A stretch of 64,000 nucleotides of DNA from the NCBI GenBank assembly GCA_963815115.1, contig CAWFFN010000009.1, positions 448,001 to 512,000 of the forward strand, given 5' to 3'. Of the stretch, positions 31,528-40,564 are shown one piece after another (within the stretch, counting starts at the first letter, position 1; each line of letters begins with the position of its first letter). Source of the DNA: an uncultured delta proteobacterium (GTDB lineage Bacteria > Desulfobacterota > Binatia > DP-6). The translations under genes were made by a program, and so were the position numbers. Below the pieces are notes generated by a model. That model had not been told where the DNA came from. It worked only from the letters and a program-made list of their open reading frames with translations, and made no database searches.

Positions 31528-33375
31528 ATGACGAAGGACCTGGCCCCGAGGGGCAGGGAACGCTGTTGGCGGTTCGGCATCGACGGGCGACACCTCGCCG
31601 CGATCCTCGCCGGCGCGGCGATGCTGACGTCGTCCGTGGCATTGGCCGCGGACAACACGCCCATAGGGAAGCAGCTTCTGATCAAGCAGTCGGCCTCGAA
31701 GAAGACGATCAAGATCCAGTCCAAGGATCCCACCGGGTTGCCGCTGCCCAGCGCTTCGCCTGCCACGACCGGTGCCGCGCTCGAGGTCACGCTGACGTAC
31801 GGGACCGGTTCGGTCGCCGAGACCTTCATGCTGCCCGCCGCCAACTGGAAGGCGAGCGGTTCTCCGGTGAAGGCCTACAAGTTCAAGGACTCCTCTGGCG
31901 CACCCGGGACGATCAAGACGGTGACCTTCACCGGCGGAAAGCAGCTCAAGGTGTCCGGGTTCCCGTCGACGCTGACGCTGGCCAACGCGCCACACCTCGG
32001 CGCGAACGTCGTCCTCACGATCGGCAGCGACCGCTACTGCCTCGACTTCGTCACCCCGGCGAACCCGAACACCACCGCGTCGGCCAAGTGGGGCGCGCAG
32101 CTCGCGGGGGGGACCTGTCCCGCTCCGCCGACGACGAGCACGACGAGCACCAGCTCGACGACCACGACCACGGTGGCGGGTACCTGTGGCGACGGGTCGG
32201 TGAACAGCCCGAGCGAGCAGTGTGACGACGGCAACACGGATGCGTGCGACGGCTGCACCGGGTGCAAGTTCGACACCTGCGGCGACGGCACCGTCTGCGC
32301 CAACGAGGGCGAGCAGTGCGACGACAGCAACACCACCCCGGGCGACGGCTGCAACGCCTCGTGCGAGACCGAAGGCAGCACCTGCACCAGTCCGCCGATC
32401 GGCAACCGGCTGGTCGTGGTCAGCCTGACCACGCCGTCCGCGCTCGCGGGCGTGCAGATCCGCCTCGAGTACCCCCAGCTCCAGTCGAGCCTCCCGGGGA
32501 GCGGCACCTCGAGCGTCGTCCAGGACAACGTCTTCTTCTTCCAGAAGCCGAGCAGCGGCATCACGCTGGCGAACGACAGCGATAGCGATCTGACGACCGT
32601 GATCGCCGGCGCCGGCGCGCCCGGCAGCGAGTTCATCCACACCGGCGTGCTGTTCGCGGCCAACTTCGACGATTGCATCTCGTCGGACCAGGGCGTCTGC
32701 AACCGCATCCAGTTCGTCACCGGCTGCTGCAACAATCCCGCCGATCCGAACCAGTTCGGCAACTCGTGCGCCGGGTACACGCCGACGCTCACCTGCGAAG
32801 GTGACGAGGACTGTCCGAATCGCACCAACGCCATCTGCACCGGCACCGGCGCGCCCTACGCGTGCTGCACCGGCGCGGGCATCGGTACGTGTGACAGCAC
32901 CGGCTGCACCGGGCCCGGCGCGCCCTTCGCCTGCTGCACCGGCGTCGGGACCGGGAACTGCGAGGCCCAGACGACCGGCTGCACGGGCCCCGGAACACCC
33001 TTCCCCTGCTGCACGGGCTTGAATACGGGCAGCTGCCCGGCGTTCGCCGGCTCGTGCACCTTCAAGTGCCCCGGCAACCCGCCGATCTGCGGCATCAACA
33101 ACGACCGCAACGTCTTCAACTTCTCCACCACCGTCGCCGGACCGTGCCAGGGCAAGGTCTGCTCCAACAACAACCAGCGGGCCTGCGTGGTGGATGCCGA
33201 CTGCGTCTCGCCGGGCACCTGCACTCTCAACCAGCCTGCCGGCGCGTGCCCCGGTGAGAGCGCGTGCGTTCCCCAGGTCGGCCCCGACGGCATCACCCAG
33301 TGCTTCGTGACGGATCCCGTGGACGCGCTCGGGAATCCCATCGCCGGCGTGAGCTGCAGCGTCACCGTGCTGTGA
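31528..33375 (+). CDS. Secreted Cys-rich multidomain protein (Myxococcus Cys-rich/DUF4215-like repeats; interrupted cohesin-like C-terminal domain)
   Basis: AAGGAGAGG RBS; signal peptide; 'CGDG...EQCDDGN...DGC' repeats; CTGxGxPxxCCTG x3. Confidence 0.8.
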   Translation: MTKDLAPRGRERCWRFGIDGRHLAAILAGAAMLTSSVALAADNTPIGKQLLIKQSASKKTIKIQSKDPTGLPLPSASPATTGAALEVTLTYGTGSVAETFMLPAANWKASGSPVKAYKFKDSSGAPGTIKTVTFTGGKQLKVSGFPSTLTLANAPHLGANVVLTIGSDRYCLDFVTPANPNTTASAKWGAQLAGGTCPAPPTTSTTSTSSTTTTTVAGTCGDGSVNSPSEQCDDGNTDACDGCTGCKFDTCGDGTVCANEGEQCDDSNTTPGDGCNASCETEGSTCTSPPIGNRLVVVSLTTPSALAGVQIRLEYPQLQSSLPGSGTSSVVQDNVFFFQKPSSGITLANDSDSDLTTVIAGAGAPGSEFIHTGVLFAANFDDCISSDQGVCNRIQFVTGCCNNPADPNQFGNSCAGYTPTLTCEGDEDCPNRTNAICTGTGAPYACCTGAGIGTCDSTGCTGPGAPFACCTGVGTGNCEAQTTGCTGPGTPFPCCTGLNTGSCPAFAGSCTFKCPGNPPICGINNDRNVFNFSTTVAGPCQGKVCSNNNQRACVVDADCVSPGTCTLNQPAGACPGESACVPQVGPDGITQCFVTDPVDALGNPIAGVSCSVTVL

Positions 33376-33430
33376 GCGATGGCTCCGGAACTCAACTCAA
33401 CGATCCGAGACTGAGGACAAGGAGAGGAAC

Positions 33431-35050
33431 ATGGGAAAACTGAAGGGCTTCTTCGTGGGCCTGGCGGCGCTCGGCCTCGCGGCCTTCGCGCCGGCGGCGG
33501 CCCACGCCGCGGTGTGTGGCGACCTGAACGGCAACGGCGTGCTGGACGCGGGCGACACCGTGATCCTCACGCAGCGCGTCTTCGGTGGCGTCAGCGCCGC
33601 TGACTGCGGCGGTCTGGGAACGCTCCAGTGCGGCGATATGAACGGCACCGGGACGGTAACCGTCGCCGACCTGGTGGTGCTCTTGAACGCGGTCGCCGGC
33701 AACCCGGTGGTGTTCAACTGCGCCGCGCAGGGCACTCCGGTGTGCAACGTCACGCGCAGCAGCAGCATCAACGCGAACGAGACCTGGCAGTCCGGCTGCA
33801 CGACGACCATCAACGGCACCACCTTCGTCCAGCCCGGCGTCATCGTCACCGTCCAGCCCGGCGCGCGGGTCGAGGGCGTGAAGGGCGCCGCGACGCCGTC
33901 CGTGCTGGTCTTCCTGCCCGGCTCCAAGATCAATGCGGCCGGCACGCCGGCTCAACCGATCGTGATGACCAGCAACCAGCCCGACGGCAGCCGCGGGATC
34001 GGTGACTGGGGCGGCCTCGTGCTGAACGGCAAGGCGCCCGTGAACTGCCCGACCGGCAAGTGCCTGGCGGAGGGCCTGACCGGCATCGAGTTCGGCGGGA
34101 CCGACCCGAACGACTCGAGCGGCGTCGTGCAGTACACCCGCATCGAGTTCTCGGGCATCGAGCTGTCCGCCGACAACGAGCTCAACATCTTCACCCAGAA
34201 CGGCATCGGACGCGGCACGCTGGTCGACCACGTCCAGTGCAACCACGGCTTCGACGACTGCTTCGAGTGGTTCGGCGGAACGGTCAACGAGAAGTTCCTG
34301 GTCGCCTCCTCGTGCGGTGACGACGACTTCGACTGGCAGCTCGGCTACGTCGGCTCCGTCCAGTTCGGGCTCAGCATCAAGGACGCCTCCAACTCCGACA
34401 ACAACGGGCGTCACGGCTTCGAGGCCGACAACAACGAGACCGGGTTCAACTTCCTGCCGCGCTCGAATCCGAAATTCTGCAACATTACCACCATCGGCAC
34501 GGTGCCGCAGGGCCAGACCGGCACCGGGCGCCGTGGAGCGCTCCTGCGCCGTGGAACTGCGGGCAAGATCTACAACACCATCATCGACGGCTACACGCAG
34601 TCGGCCATCCAGCTCGACGACAACGCCACCGCCGAGCAGGCGTGCGTGAACGCCACCACGCTCAAGACGACGGAGCCGTTCCTGCGCGTCCAGGACAGCA
34701 TCCTGTTCGGCAACACGGCGCTGGCCAGCGGCAGCGCGACGGCTCCGTGCACGGGCGCTCAGTGGGTCGGCCTCCTCCAGGCCGGGGCCAACGTCAGCAC
34801 GGCCGATCCCAACCTCAACGAGCTCTCGGTCGGGTACCCCGTCACCACCCCGCTCGGCGCCTCCGCGGCGGACGGCTACGTGCCGACCGCCGCGGGGCTC
34901 GTGCCGTCGCAGGACTGCACGGGACTCGATCCGTCCTTCTTCACCGCGGCGCCCTACGTCGGCGCTTTCGCACCGGGGACGGGCTCGGCCGGCAACTGGC
35001 TGCGCGACGCCGGCGCCGGAACCGCCTGGATCAACTTCGACACCAACTGA
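33431..35050 (+). CDS. Secreted protein with N-terminal dockerin-like EF-hand pair and beta-helix-type domain
   Basis: 'CGDLNGNGVLDAGD' and 'CGDMNGTGTVTVAD'; 'GDWGGLVLNGKAP..AEGL...FGG...DSSG..QYTRIEFSG...NELN', 'DDCFEWFGGTV', 'GFEADN'. Confidence 0.8.
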   Translation: MGKLKGFFVGLAALGLAAFAPAAAHAAVCGDLNGNGVLDAGDTVILTQRVFGGVSAADCGGLGTLQCGDMNGTGTVTVADLVVLLNAVAGNPVVFNCAAQGTPVCNVTRSSSINANETWQSGCTTTINGTTFVQPGVIVTVQPGARVEGVKGAATPSVLVFLPGSKINAAGTPAQPIVMTSNQPDGSRGIGDWGGLVLNGKAPVNCPTGKCLAEGLTGIEFGGTDPNDSSGVVQYTRIEFSGIELSADNELNIFTQNGIGRGTLVDHVQCNHGFDDCFEWFGGTVNEKFLVASSCGDDDFDWQLGYVGSVQFGLSIKDASNSDNNGRHGFEADNNETGFNFLPRSNPKFCNITTIGTVPQGQTGTGRRGALLRRGTAGKIYNTIIDGYTQSAIQLDDNATAEQACVNATTLKTTEPFLRVQDSILFGNTALASGSATAPCTGAQWVGLLQAGANVSTADPNLNELSVGYPVTTPLGASAADGYVPTAAGLVPSQDCTGLDPSFFTAAPYVGAFAPGTGSAGNWLRDAGAGTAWINFDTN

Positions 35051-35063
35051 GCAAGTGACCCCT

Positions 35064-35091
35064 GGGGGGCGGGGCCACGGCCCCGCCCCCG
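35064..35091 (+). terminator. Intercistronic GC-rich stem-loop (terminator or mRNA stabiliser)
   Basis: GGGGGCGGGGCC...GGCCCCGCCCCC right after the 35050 stop; no U-tract. Confidence 0.45.
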
Positions 35092-35108
35092 ACACGGGAG
35101 TTCGAGAC

Positions 35109-35630
35109 ATGCCACGAATCCGAATCACCATCGGGCTGCTGACCCTGCTTCTGGTCTCGCCGGCGCTGGCGAAGGCGAACGCACCGACTCCGAGTCTCAC
35201 GGGCGGCACGAAGACGAAGGAGGAGCTGGTGAGCCGCCTGGTGGACGCGCTCGCGCATCAGGATCGCGACAAGCTGCGGGCGCTGCGCGTGAACCAGGAG
35301 GAGTACATCGACATCATCCTCCGCGGCTCGGTTCCTCCGGGCCAGCCGCTGCGCAACTGGCCGCCGGACGTGAGCGGGTACTTCTTCCGGGATCTCGACA
35401 CCAAGAGCCGTTACGCCGAGCAGCACCTGCTCGAGCTCTTCGGCGGCCACGACATGAAGGTCGAATCGTTCGAGTTCGCCAAGGGGACGACGCAGTTCGC
35501 CAATCACGTCGCGTACCGGCAGCTCCGCGTGAAGGTGAAGGACCCCGCAGGACAGGACGTGGAGCTCGCGACAGGCTCCATCGCCGAAGTGAATGGACGT
35601 TACAAGTTCATCTCGTTCCTGGCCAACTGA
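35109..35630 (+). CDS. Secreted hypothetical protein
   Basis: Signal peptide MPRIRITIGLLTLLLVSPALA; co-oriented within the cluster. Confidence 0.75.
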   Translation: MPRIRITIGLLTLLLVSPALAKANAPTPSLTGGTKTKEELVSRLVDALAHQDRDKLRALRVNQEEYIDIILRGSVPPGQPLRNWPPDVSGYFFRDLDTKSRYAEQHLLELFGGHDMKVESFEFAKGTTQFANHVAYRQLRVKVKDPAGQDVELATGSIAEVNGRYKFISFLAN

Positions 35631-35665
35631 GCCCGGAAGCCGACGATGAGAAGGAGGATCGAAGG

Positions 35666-36931
35666 ATGAGCAGAACCGGAATCCGCGCCGTCTCGGCCGC
35701 GCTGGGGGGCGCGGCGTTGCTGGCGATCACCGGCTCGGCCGGCGCGCAGGTCATCCCTCCCACGGCCAAGTGCGAGGGAGGCAAGCTCAAGTGTGCGACC
35801 ACGTTCTGGACCGGGCTGCTTGGCTGTCAGTCGAAGGATTCGGGGAAGCCCGATGCGACGGCGCTGGCAGCGTGCAACACGAAGGGCCAGACGAAGTACG
35901 ACGGGGGACTGGCGCCGGAGAAGGGATGCTTCGCCAAGCTCGAGGCCAAGCCTCCGTGCCTGACGAACGGTGATTCCGGCCTGGTGGACTCCCTCATCAC
36001 GAGTTCCCAGGGCCCCGTGGTGCAAACGACCCTCAACCTGGACCCCGCATTCCCGCCGTCCACCTTGAGCAAGTGTACCTCGGGCCAGAAGAAGTGCGTC
36101 ACGAACCTCGTGAAGGGACTGCTCGGGTGCTACTCGAAGAACGCCACCAAGCCCGACCCGGTGAAGACGCCTGCCTGCGTGCAGAAGGCGCTGGACAAGT
36201 TCACCGGTGGCGCCGAACCCACGAAAGGCTGCTTCCAGAAGCTCGAGGCCAAGATGCCCAACGACTGCGTGACCACCGGGCAGTCAGGTGCTCTGCTGAC
36301 CGCCACGCAGAACTACGTCAACAATCTCGTCGCCACGCTCGAGTGCGGCAACCATCGCATCGACGCGGGCGAGAGCTGCGACGACGGCAACCAGACCTGC
36401 GGCGACGGCTGCAGCGCGACCTGCAAGACCGAGGCGTGCGGCAACAGCACCGTCGACTGCGGCGAGACCTGTGACGACGGCAACACCAATAACTTCGACA
36501 ACTGTCCGTCCAACTGCATGATCGCCGCCTGCACGCCCAACAGTGGCAGCAGCCAGTTCGCCACCGTGAGCTTCGCCACCACGGGTGGCAAGCAGGTCGC
36601 GGGTATCGTGGTCTTCGTCGACTACCCCGAGGGCCTCGTATCCATCCCGGGCAGCGGCGGCACGCCCCCGGTCCCGAGCCACATCAGCGGGAACCCGGGC
36701 GGCACGACGGCAGTCCCCAACGACCTCGACCACGCACTGCGCGCGGTCGTCACGGAGAATGCGCCGTTCACCACGATGCCGGTAGGACAGCTGTTCCGGA
36801 TCAACTTCGAGACCTGCCAGGGCGCACCCGCGCCGACGGCGGGCCAGTTCACCTGCACCGTGCTCTCGGCCTCGGACGTGAACGGTGCAGACATCACCGC
36901 CAACGTCACGTGTTCGGTCAGCGTTCCGTGA
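35666..36931 (+). CDS. Secreted protein: 2x Cys-rich helical repeats, DUF4215-like repeats, C-terminal cohesin-like domain
   Basis: 'KC..G.KKC...GLLGC.SK...KFTGGAEPTKGCFQKLE' paralogous to 21024..22270; C-terminus 'DYPEG...NDLDH...SASD'. Confidence 0.82.
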   Translation: MSRTGIRAVSAALGGAALLAITGSAGAQVIPPTAKCEGGKLKCATTFWTGLLGCQSKDSGKPDATALAACNTKGQTKYDGGLAPEKGCFAKLEAKPPCLTNGDSGLVDSLITSSQGPVVQTTLNLDPAFPPSTLSKCTSGQKKCVTNLVKGLLGCYSKNATKPDPVKTPACVQKALDKFTGGAEPTKGCFQKLEAKMPNDCVTTGQSGALLTATQNYVNNLVATLECGNHRIDAGESCDDGNQTCGDGCSATCKTEACGNSTVDCGETCDDGNTNNFDNCPSNCMIAACTPNSGSSQFATVSFATTGGKQVAGIVVFVDYPEGLVSIPGSGGTPPVPSHISGNPGGTTAVPNDLDHALRAVVTENAPFTTMPVGQLFRINFETCQGAPAPTAGQFTCTVLSASDVNGADITANVTCSVSVP

Positions 36932-36959
36932 TTCCGGATTCCGCTCGGGAGTGAGCCAT

Positions 36960-37001
36960 GATGATGCGGGCAGCCCCCGAAGGGGGGCTGCCCGCATCAT
37001 C
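36960..37001 (+). terminator. Perfect 19-bp intercistronic stem-loop
   Basis: GATGATGCGGGCAGCCCCC-GAAG-GGGGGCTGCCCGCATCATC. Confidence 0.55.
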
Positions 37002-37019
37002 GGTTCTGGAGAGATCGAT

Positions 37020-38495
37020 TTGCGGAAGTGCAAGCAGTGGTCGGTGGGGACCGGGCGGTTGGTTCTGGGCGGGGTCCTGTTGCTCGGGATGACCACCACG
37101 GCGCTCGCGGCAATGTCCGAACGGAAGCAGGCCCTCCAGTGCCGCGCGGGGATCCCGAACTCCGTGCGACGCTTCCTGGTCGACCGTGGTCTCGAGAGCC
37201 TCGGCCGCTGCGTGCATGGCGCCGAAGCGGCGCCGGATACCTGCAACACCATCGTGACCGGACCCGCCGGCGCTCCGACCACACCGTACGGGCTCGGCGA
37301 GAACCGGGCGCAGAAGGCGATCGACATCCTCTGTGCACCGGGAAACCCCGTGCTCGAGAACTACGTTGGCGGGACGCCATCGGACCTGGTGATCCCGACG
37401 GTGAAATCATTGCTCGAACGTGGTGCTCCCGCCGGTCCGCCGGCGGCCGTGCAGACCGCCGCCAAGTCGGGCTCACGCCGCGGGGCGAACGACCGGTGCG
37501 TGCGCGTGGCGACGCACGCGCGAAACATGGTCGTCCGCTCGGCATTCGACCGGGCGGTGGCCTGCCAGACCCGGCTCGACCGGAAGTCGCAGCCACTCGG
37601 CCCCCTGAGCGATGCCTGCCTGCGCGGTGCGGGAGGCGCTGCGCGGGCGGCGCGCAAGGCGCTGCGCCAGGGGTGTCGCTCGAGCACGGCGGGAGTGTGC
37701 GGACCTCTCCCCGGCTGTGTGGTCGATACGGCGGTCGTCACCGGGGAGAACCTCGCCCGCGTCAGCTACTCGCTCGATGTCCAGCAGCAGGTCGTCGAGA
37801 ACGTCTGTGGTGACGGGCGCAAGGGCGGCGACGAGCAGTGCGACGACGGCAACACCGTGTCGAACGACGGGTGCTCGAGCACCTGCACGCAGGAGGGCTG
37901 TTTCATCGACGACAACGTCGTCGGCGGCGAGGCGTGTGACGACGGCAACACCACGGACGACGACTGCTGCAACAACATGTGCATGCCTCCCGTCTGCGGC
38001 GACGGCCAGCGCGCGCTCGGCTGCGACGAGCAGTGTGACGACGCGGTCGATCCGGGATGCATCGGCTGCAAGTTCCCGGCGGTGACCTGCGACGGCCGGG
38101 GAATCGTCCTGCGTGTGCGCGTCGACTACGACAAGGTCCTCGCGCCACAGCTGGCCGGGGTACGCCTCGAGATCGGCTATCCCTCGCAGGTGAGCATCCC
38201 GGTGATGGAGGGCGGCTTCGTCGACTCTTCACGCCTGGTCGACCTGACCGGCAAGGGCGTCTTCCTGGTGGGGCAGGTGGCGACCAGCGGAACGCTCGGA
38301 ATCGTGATCGGCCTCGCCGGCGGCACGTTCGACTCCGGGGATGTCTTCACGGCCCTCCTCGACTGCTCCACGGGCACGTCGACGAGCTTTGCGGACTACC
38401 AGTGCCGCGTGCTGAGCGCCTCCGATCAGGTGGGTAACGACGTCATGCACGCCACCGACATTCCGTGCTCGGTGGCCCAGGTGTCGCTGCCATGA
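37020..38495 (+). CDS. Secreted Cys-rich protein with DUF4215-like repeats and C-terminal cohesin-like domain
   Basis: Probable TTG start after GGAGAG with signal peptide; 'CGDG...EQCDDGN' repeats; 'FVDSSR...SASDQVGNDV'. Confidence 0.75.
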   Translation: MRKCKQWSVGTGRLVLGGVLLLGMTTTALAAMSERKQALQCRAGIPNSVRRFLVDRGLESLGRCVHGAEAAPDTCNTIVTGPAGAPTTPYGLGENRAQKAIDILCAPGNPVLENYVGGTPSDLVIPTVKSLLERGAPAGPPAAVQTAAKSGSRRGANDRCVRVATHARNMVVRSAFDRAVACQTRLDRKSQPLGPLSDACLRGAGGAARAARKALRQGCRSSTAGVCGPLPGCVVDTAVVTGENLARVSYSLDVQQQVVENVCGDGRKGGDEQCDDGNTVSNDGCSSTCTQEGCFIDDNVVGGEACDDGNTTDDDCCNNMCMPPVCGDGQRALGCDEQCDDAVDPGCIGCKFPAVTCDGRGIVLRVRVDYDKVLAPQLAGVRLEIGYPSQVSIPVMEGGFVDSSRLVDLTGKGVFLVGQVATSGTLGIVIGLAGGTFDSGDVFTALLDCSTGTSTSFADYQCRVLSASDQVGNDVMHATDIPCSVAQVSLP

Positions 38496-38520
38496 GCGCG
38501 AAGACGATGGAGGACCACAG

Positions 38521-40224
38521 ATGATTCGCCGTGCCACGCTGATCTGCGCGCTGGCTGCGCTCTGGTTGGGGACTGGCTCACGCCCCGCAGCCGCGCAGCC
38601 GAGCGCCGCGCTCGAGAACTACGCGCTCTTCGTGCTGGAAGGCTATCGCGGCAAGGGCTCGCACGTCGTCAGCGGCGACGTGGGAGTCAACGCCGGCTCC
38701 CTGGTCTCGTCCGGCAAGCTCGATGCGCCGACCTCGCGCCTCGTCGGTGACCAGGTGACGCTCGCGCGACCCTCGCAGTGTGCAGCGCTGTTCGCGAACC
38801 AGGCCGCGCTGCGCGGCCCGGGGTGTGGGCCGCCGACGTCGTTCGCCAGCCCGATCATCGCCGACGTGGAAGCGGCCTGCGGCTTTCCTCGTCCATTTCC
38901 GACCTGCGACGCCGCCAGCTCGATCCAGGTGGACCACGGCGCCACCCTCGATCTGGCGCCCGGGGTGTACGGCGCCGTCGTGGTGAGCGGGGGCGGCCGC
39001 GGGCCGGGAATGCTGCGCCTCACCGCAGGACACTACGTCTTCTGCAGCCTGAAGGCGTCGCGGCACGCGCAGGTCGTCGTCTCCGGACCGGCCGAGATCG
39101 ACGTCGCCGGCTCGCTCGTCCTCGACAACGGCTCTGGCTTCGGAGCCGAAGAGGGTGGGCCGACGCCCGGCGAGATCGTGGTTCACGTGGCCGGCGATGC
39201 CGTGCGCTTCTCGCGCAAGGCCACGGTGGGAGCCTTGCTCTGCGCACCCGACGCGGAATTGCGCCTCACCGCCGGCGCCGACCTGACCGGCCGTTTCGTG
39301 GCCCGGAGCATCCTGAGCGATCGTGTCACCGTGCGAGCGGTGAGCACGCCGCCGTCGAGCACGACGTCCAGCACCACCCCGACGTCCTCCACGACCAGCT
39401 CGACGAGCTCGACGACCACGTCGACGGCCGCCTCCTCCTCGACGACGACGTCCACGACCACGACCACCGCCTCCACGTCCACGACGACGGCCCCGAGCAC
39501 CTCCAGCACGACGACGATCTCGGCGACCACGTCGACGACGACGGCCCCGAGCACCTCCACGACCACCACCAGCACGACGACCAGCACCACGTCGGCACCC
39601 AGCTCCACCACGACCACGACCGTCACCACGACCAGCACCGCCGCCCCGACCACCAGCACCACGACGGCCAGCACGACGACGCTTCCCAGCTCCACCACGA
39701 CGAGCACCGCCGCCTCGACCACGAACACCACGAGCACCACCACCACGACCGCCCCGCCCACCAGCACGACCACGACGACCAGCGCGTCGACCACCACCAC
39801 GACGCTGGGTGGCGGCGAATGCAGCGGCGGCGGAATCACGGCGCGGCTGGTGGTGAACTATGCCGACGTCGGCGCCCCGGCGCTGTCGGGGCTCCGGCTC
39901 CGGCTGGGCTATCCGTCGTCGCTCAGCCTGCCGAACATTCCCGGCACCGACTTCGTGGACTCGTCCCGGATTCAAGATCTGACCGGGGCCAACGGCTTCC
40001 TGGTCGGTCAGAACGTCAACCAGACCCTCGACGTGGTCTACGGGGTGACCGGTGCCACGTTCCCCTCGGGTGATTTCGTCGAGGTGCAGTTCGATTGCGC
40101 CGGAGGAACCGTGTTGCCGGCCGACTTCGAGTGCAGCGTCGTCAGCGCGTCCGATCAGGTCGGCAACGACGTCCAGAACCCGGGAGCGATCCCCTGCGCC
40201 GTGAGCAGCCTCACGGGGCTGTGA
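38521..40224 (+). CDS. Secreted protein: beta-solenoid (ice-binding/adhesin-like) domain, ~150-aa Thr/Ser linker, C-terminal cohesin-like domain
   Basis: GGAGG RBS; signal peptide; 'SGDVGVN', 'LAPGVYG', 'GHYVFCSL', 'LCAPDAEL.L..GA.LTGRFVARSI'; Thr/Ser run. Confidence 0.78.
   Translation: MIRRATLICALAALWLGTGSRPAAAQPSAALENYALFVLEGYRGKGSHVVSGDVGVNAGSLVSSGKLDAPTSRLVGDQVTLARPSQCAALFANQAALRGPGCGPPTSFASPIIADVEAACGFPRPFPTCDAASSIQVDHGATLDLAPGVYGAVVVSGGGRGPGMLRLTAGHYVFCSLKASRHAQVVVSGPAEIDVAGSLVLDNGSGFGAEEGGPTPGEIVVHVAGDAVRFSRKATVGALLCAPDAELRLTAGADLTGRFVARSILSDRVTVRAVSTPPSSTTSSTTPTSSTTSSTSSTTTSTAASSSTTTSTTTTTASTSTTTAPSTSSTTTISATTSTTTAPSTSTTTTSTTTSTTSAPSSTTTTTVTTTSTAAPTTSTTTASTTTLPSSTTTSTAASTTNTTSTTTTTAPPTSTTTTTSASTTTTTLGGGECSGGGITARLVVNYADVGAPALSGLRLRLGYPSSLSLPNIPGTDFVDSSRIQDLTGANGFLVGQNVNQTLDVVYGVTGATFPSGDFVEVQFDCAGGTVLPADFECSVVSASDQVGNDVQNPGAIPCAVSSLTGL
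39343..39805 (+). repeat. Low-complexity Thr/Ser-coding tract (mucin-like linker)
   Basis: ACS/TCS/AGC codon runs encoding STTTT-type repeats. Confidence 0.85.
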
Positions 40225-40251
40225 GGCATCGCAAGCGGAAGGAGTAGCGAG

Positions 40252-40533
40252 ATGATCCATCGATTCCGGCTCGTCACGGCGAGCCTCGTACTGCTCGGCG
40301 CGGTCGCCTGGATGCCGGCGCTCGCGCGCGGTGCCGATGCCGTGCAGGCGGCGAGCAAGCCGGGTGACGTGAGCTGCAGCTGCCACGCCTGCACCCAGCC
40401 GGTGTGCTGTCAGGGCCCCACCGGCTTCGCGCCGCTCGACGACAAGTGCCGTACGCTGTGCGACACGAAGCACTGGGTGGTGTCCGACAACGGTAGCTGC
40501 GGCACCCAGCCCGGCTGCTGTCCGGCGAAGTGA
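40252..40533 (+). CDS. Small secreted Cys-rich protein
   Basis: AAGGAG RBS; signal peptide; 10 Cys in a ~65-aa mature part. Confidence 0.7.
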   Translation: MIHRFRLVTASLVLLGAVAWMPALARGADAVQAASKPGDVSCSCHACTQPVCCQGPTGFAPLDDKCRTLCDTKHWVVSDNGSCGTQPGCCPAK

Positions 40534-40564
40534 GCGCCGCGCGAACCGTTGGAAGTCGGCGTGC

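Noticed and set aside
39343-39805. Possible CRISPR or DNA tandem-repeat array
   Set aside because: Degenerate codon-level Thr/Ser repeats inside a CDS; no constant repeat/spacer structure and no cas genes.
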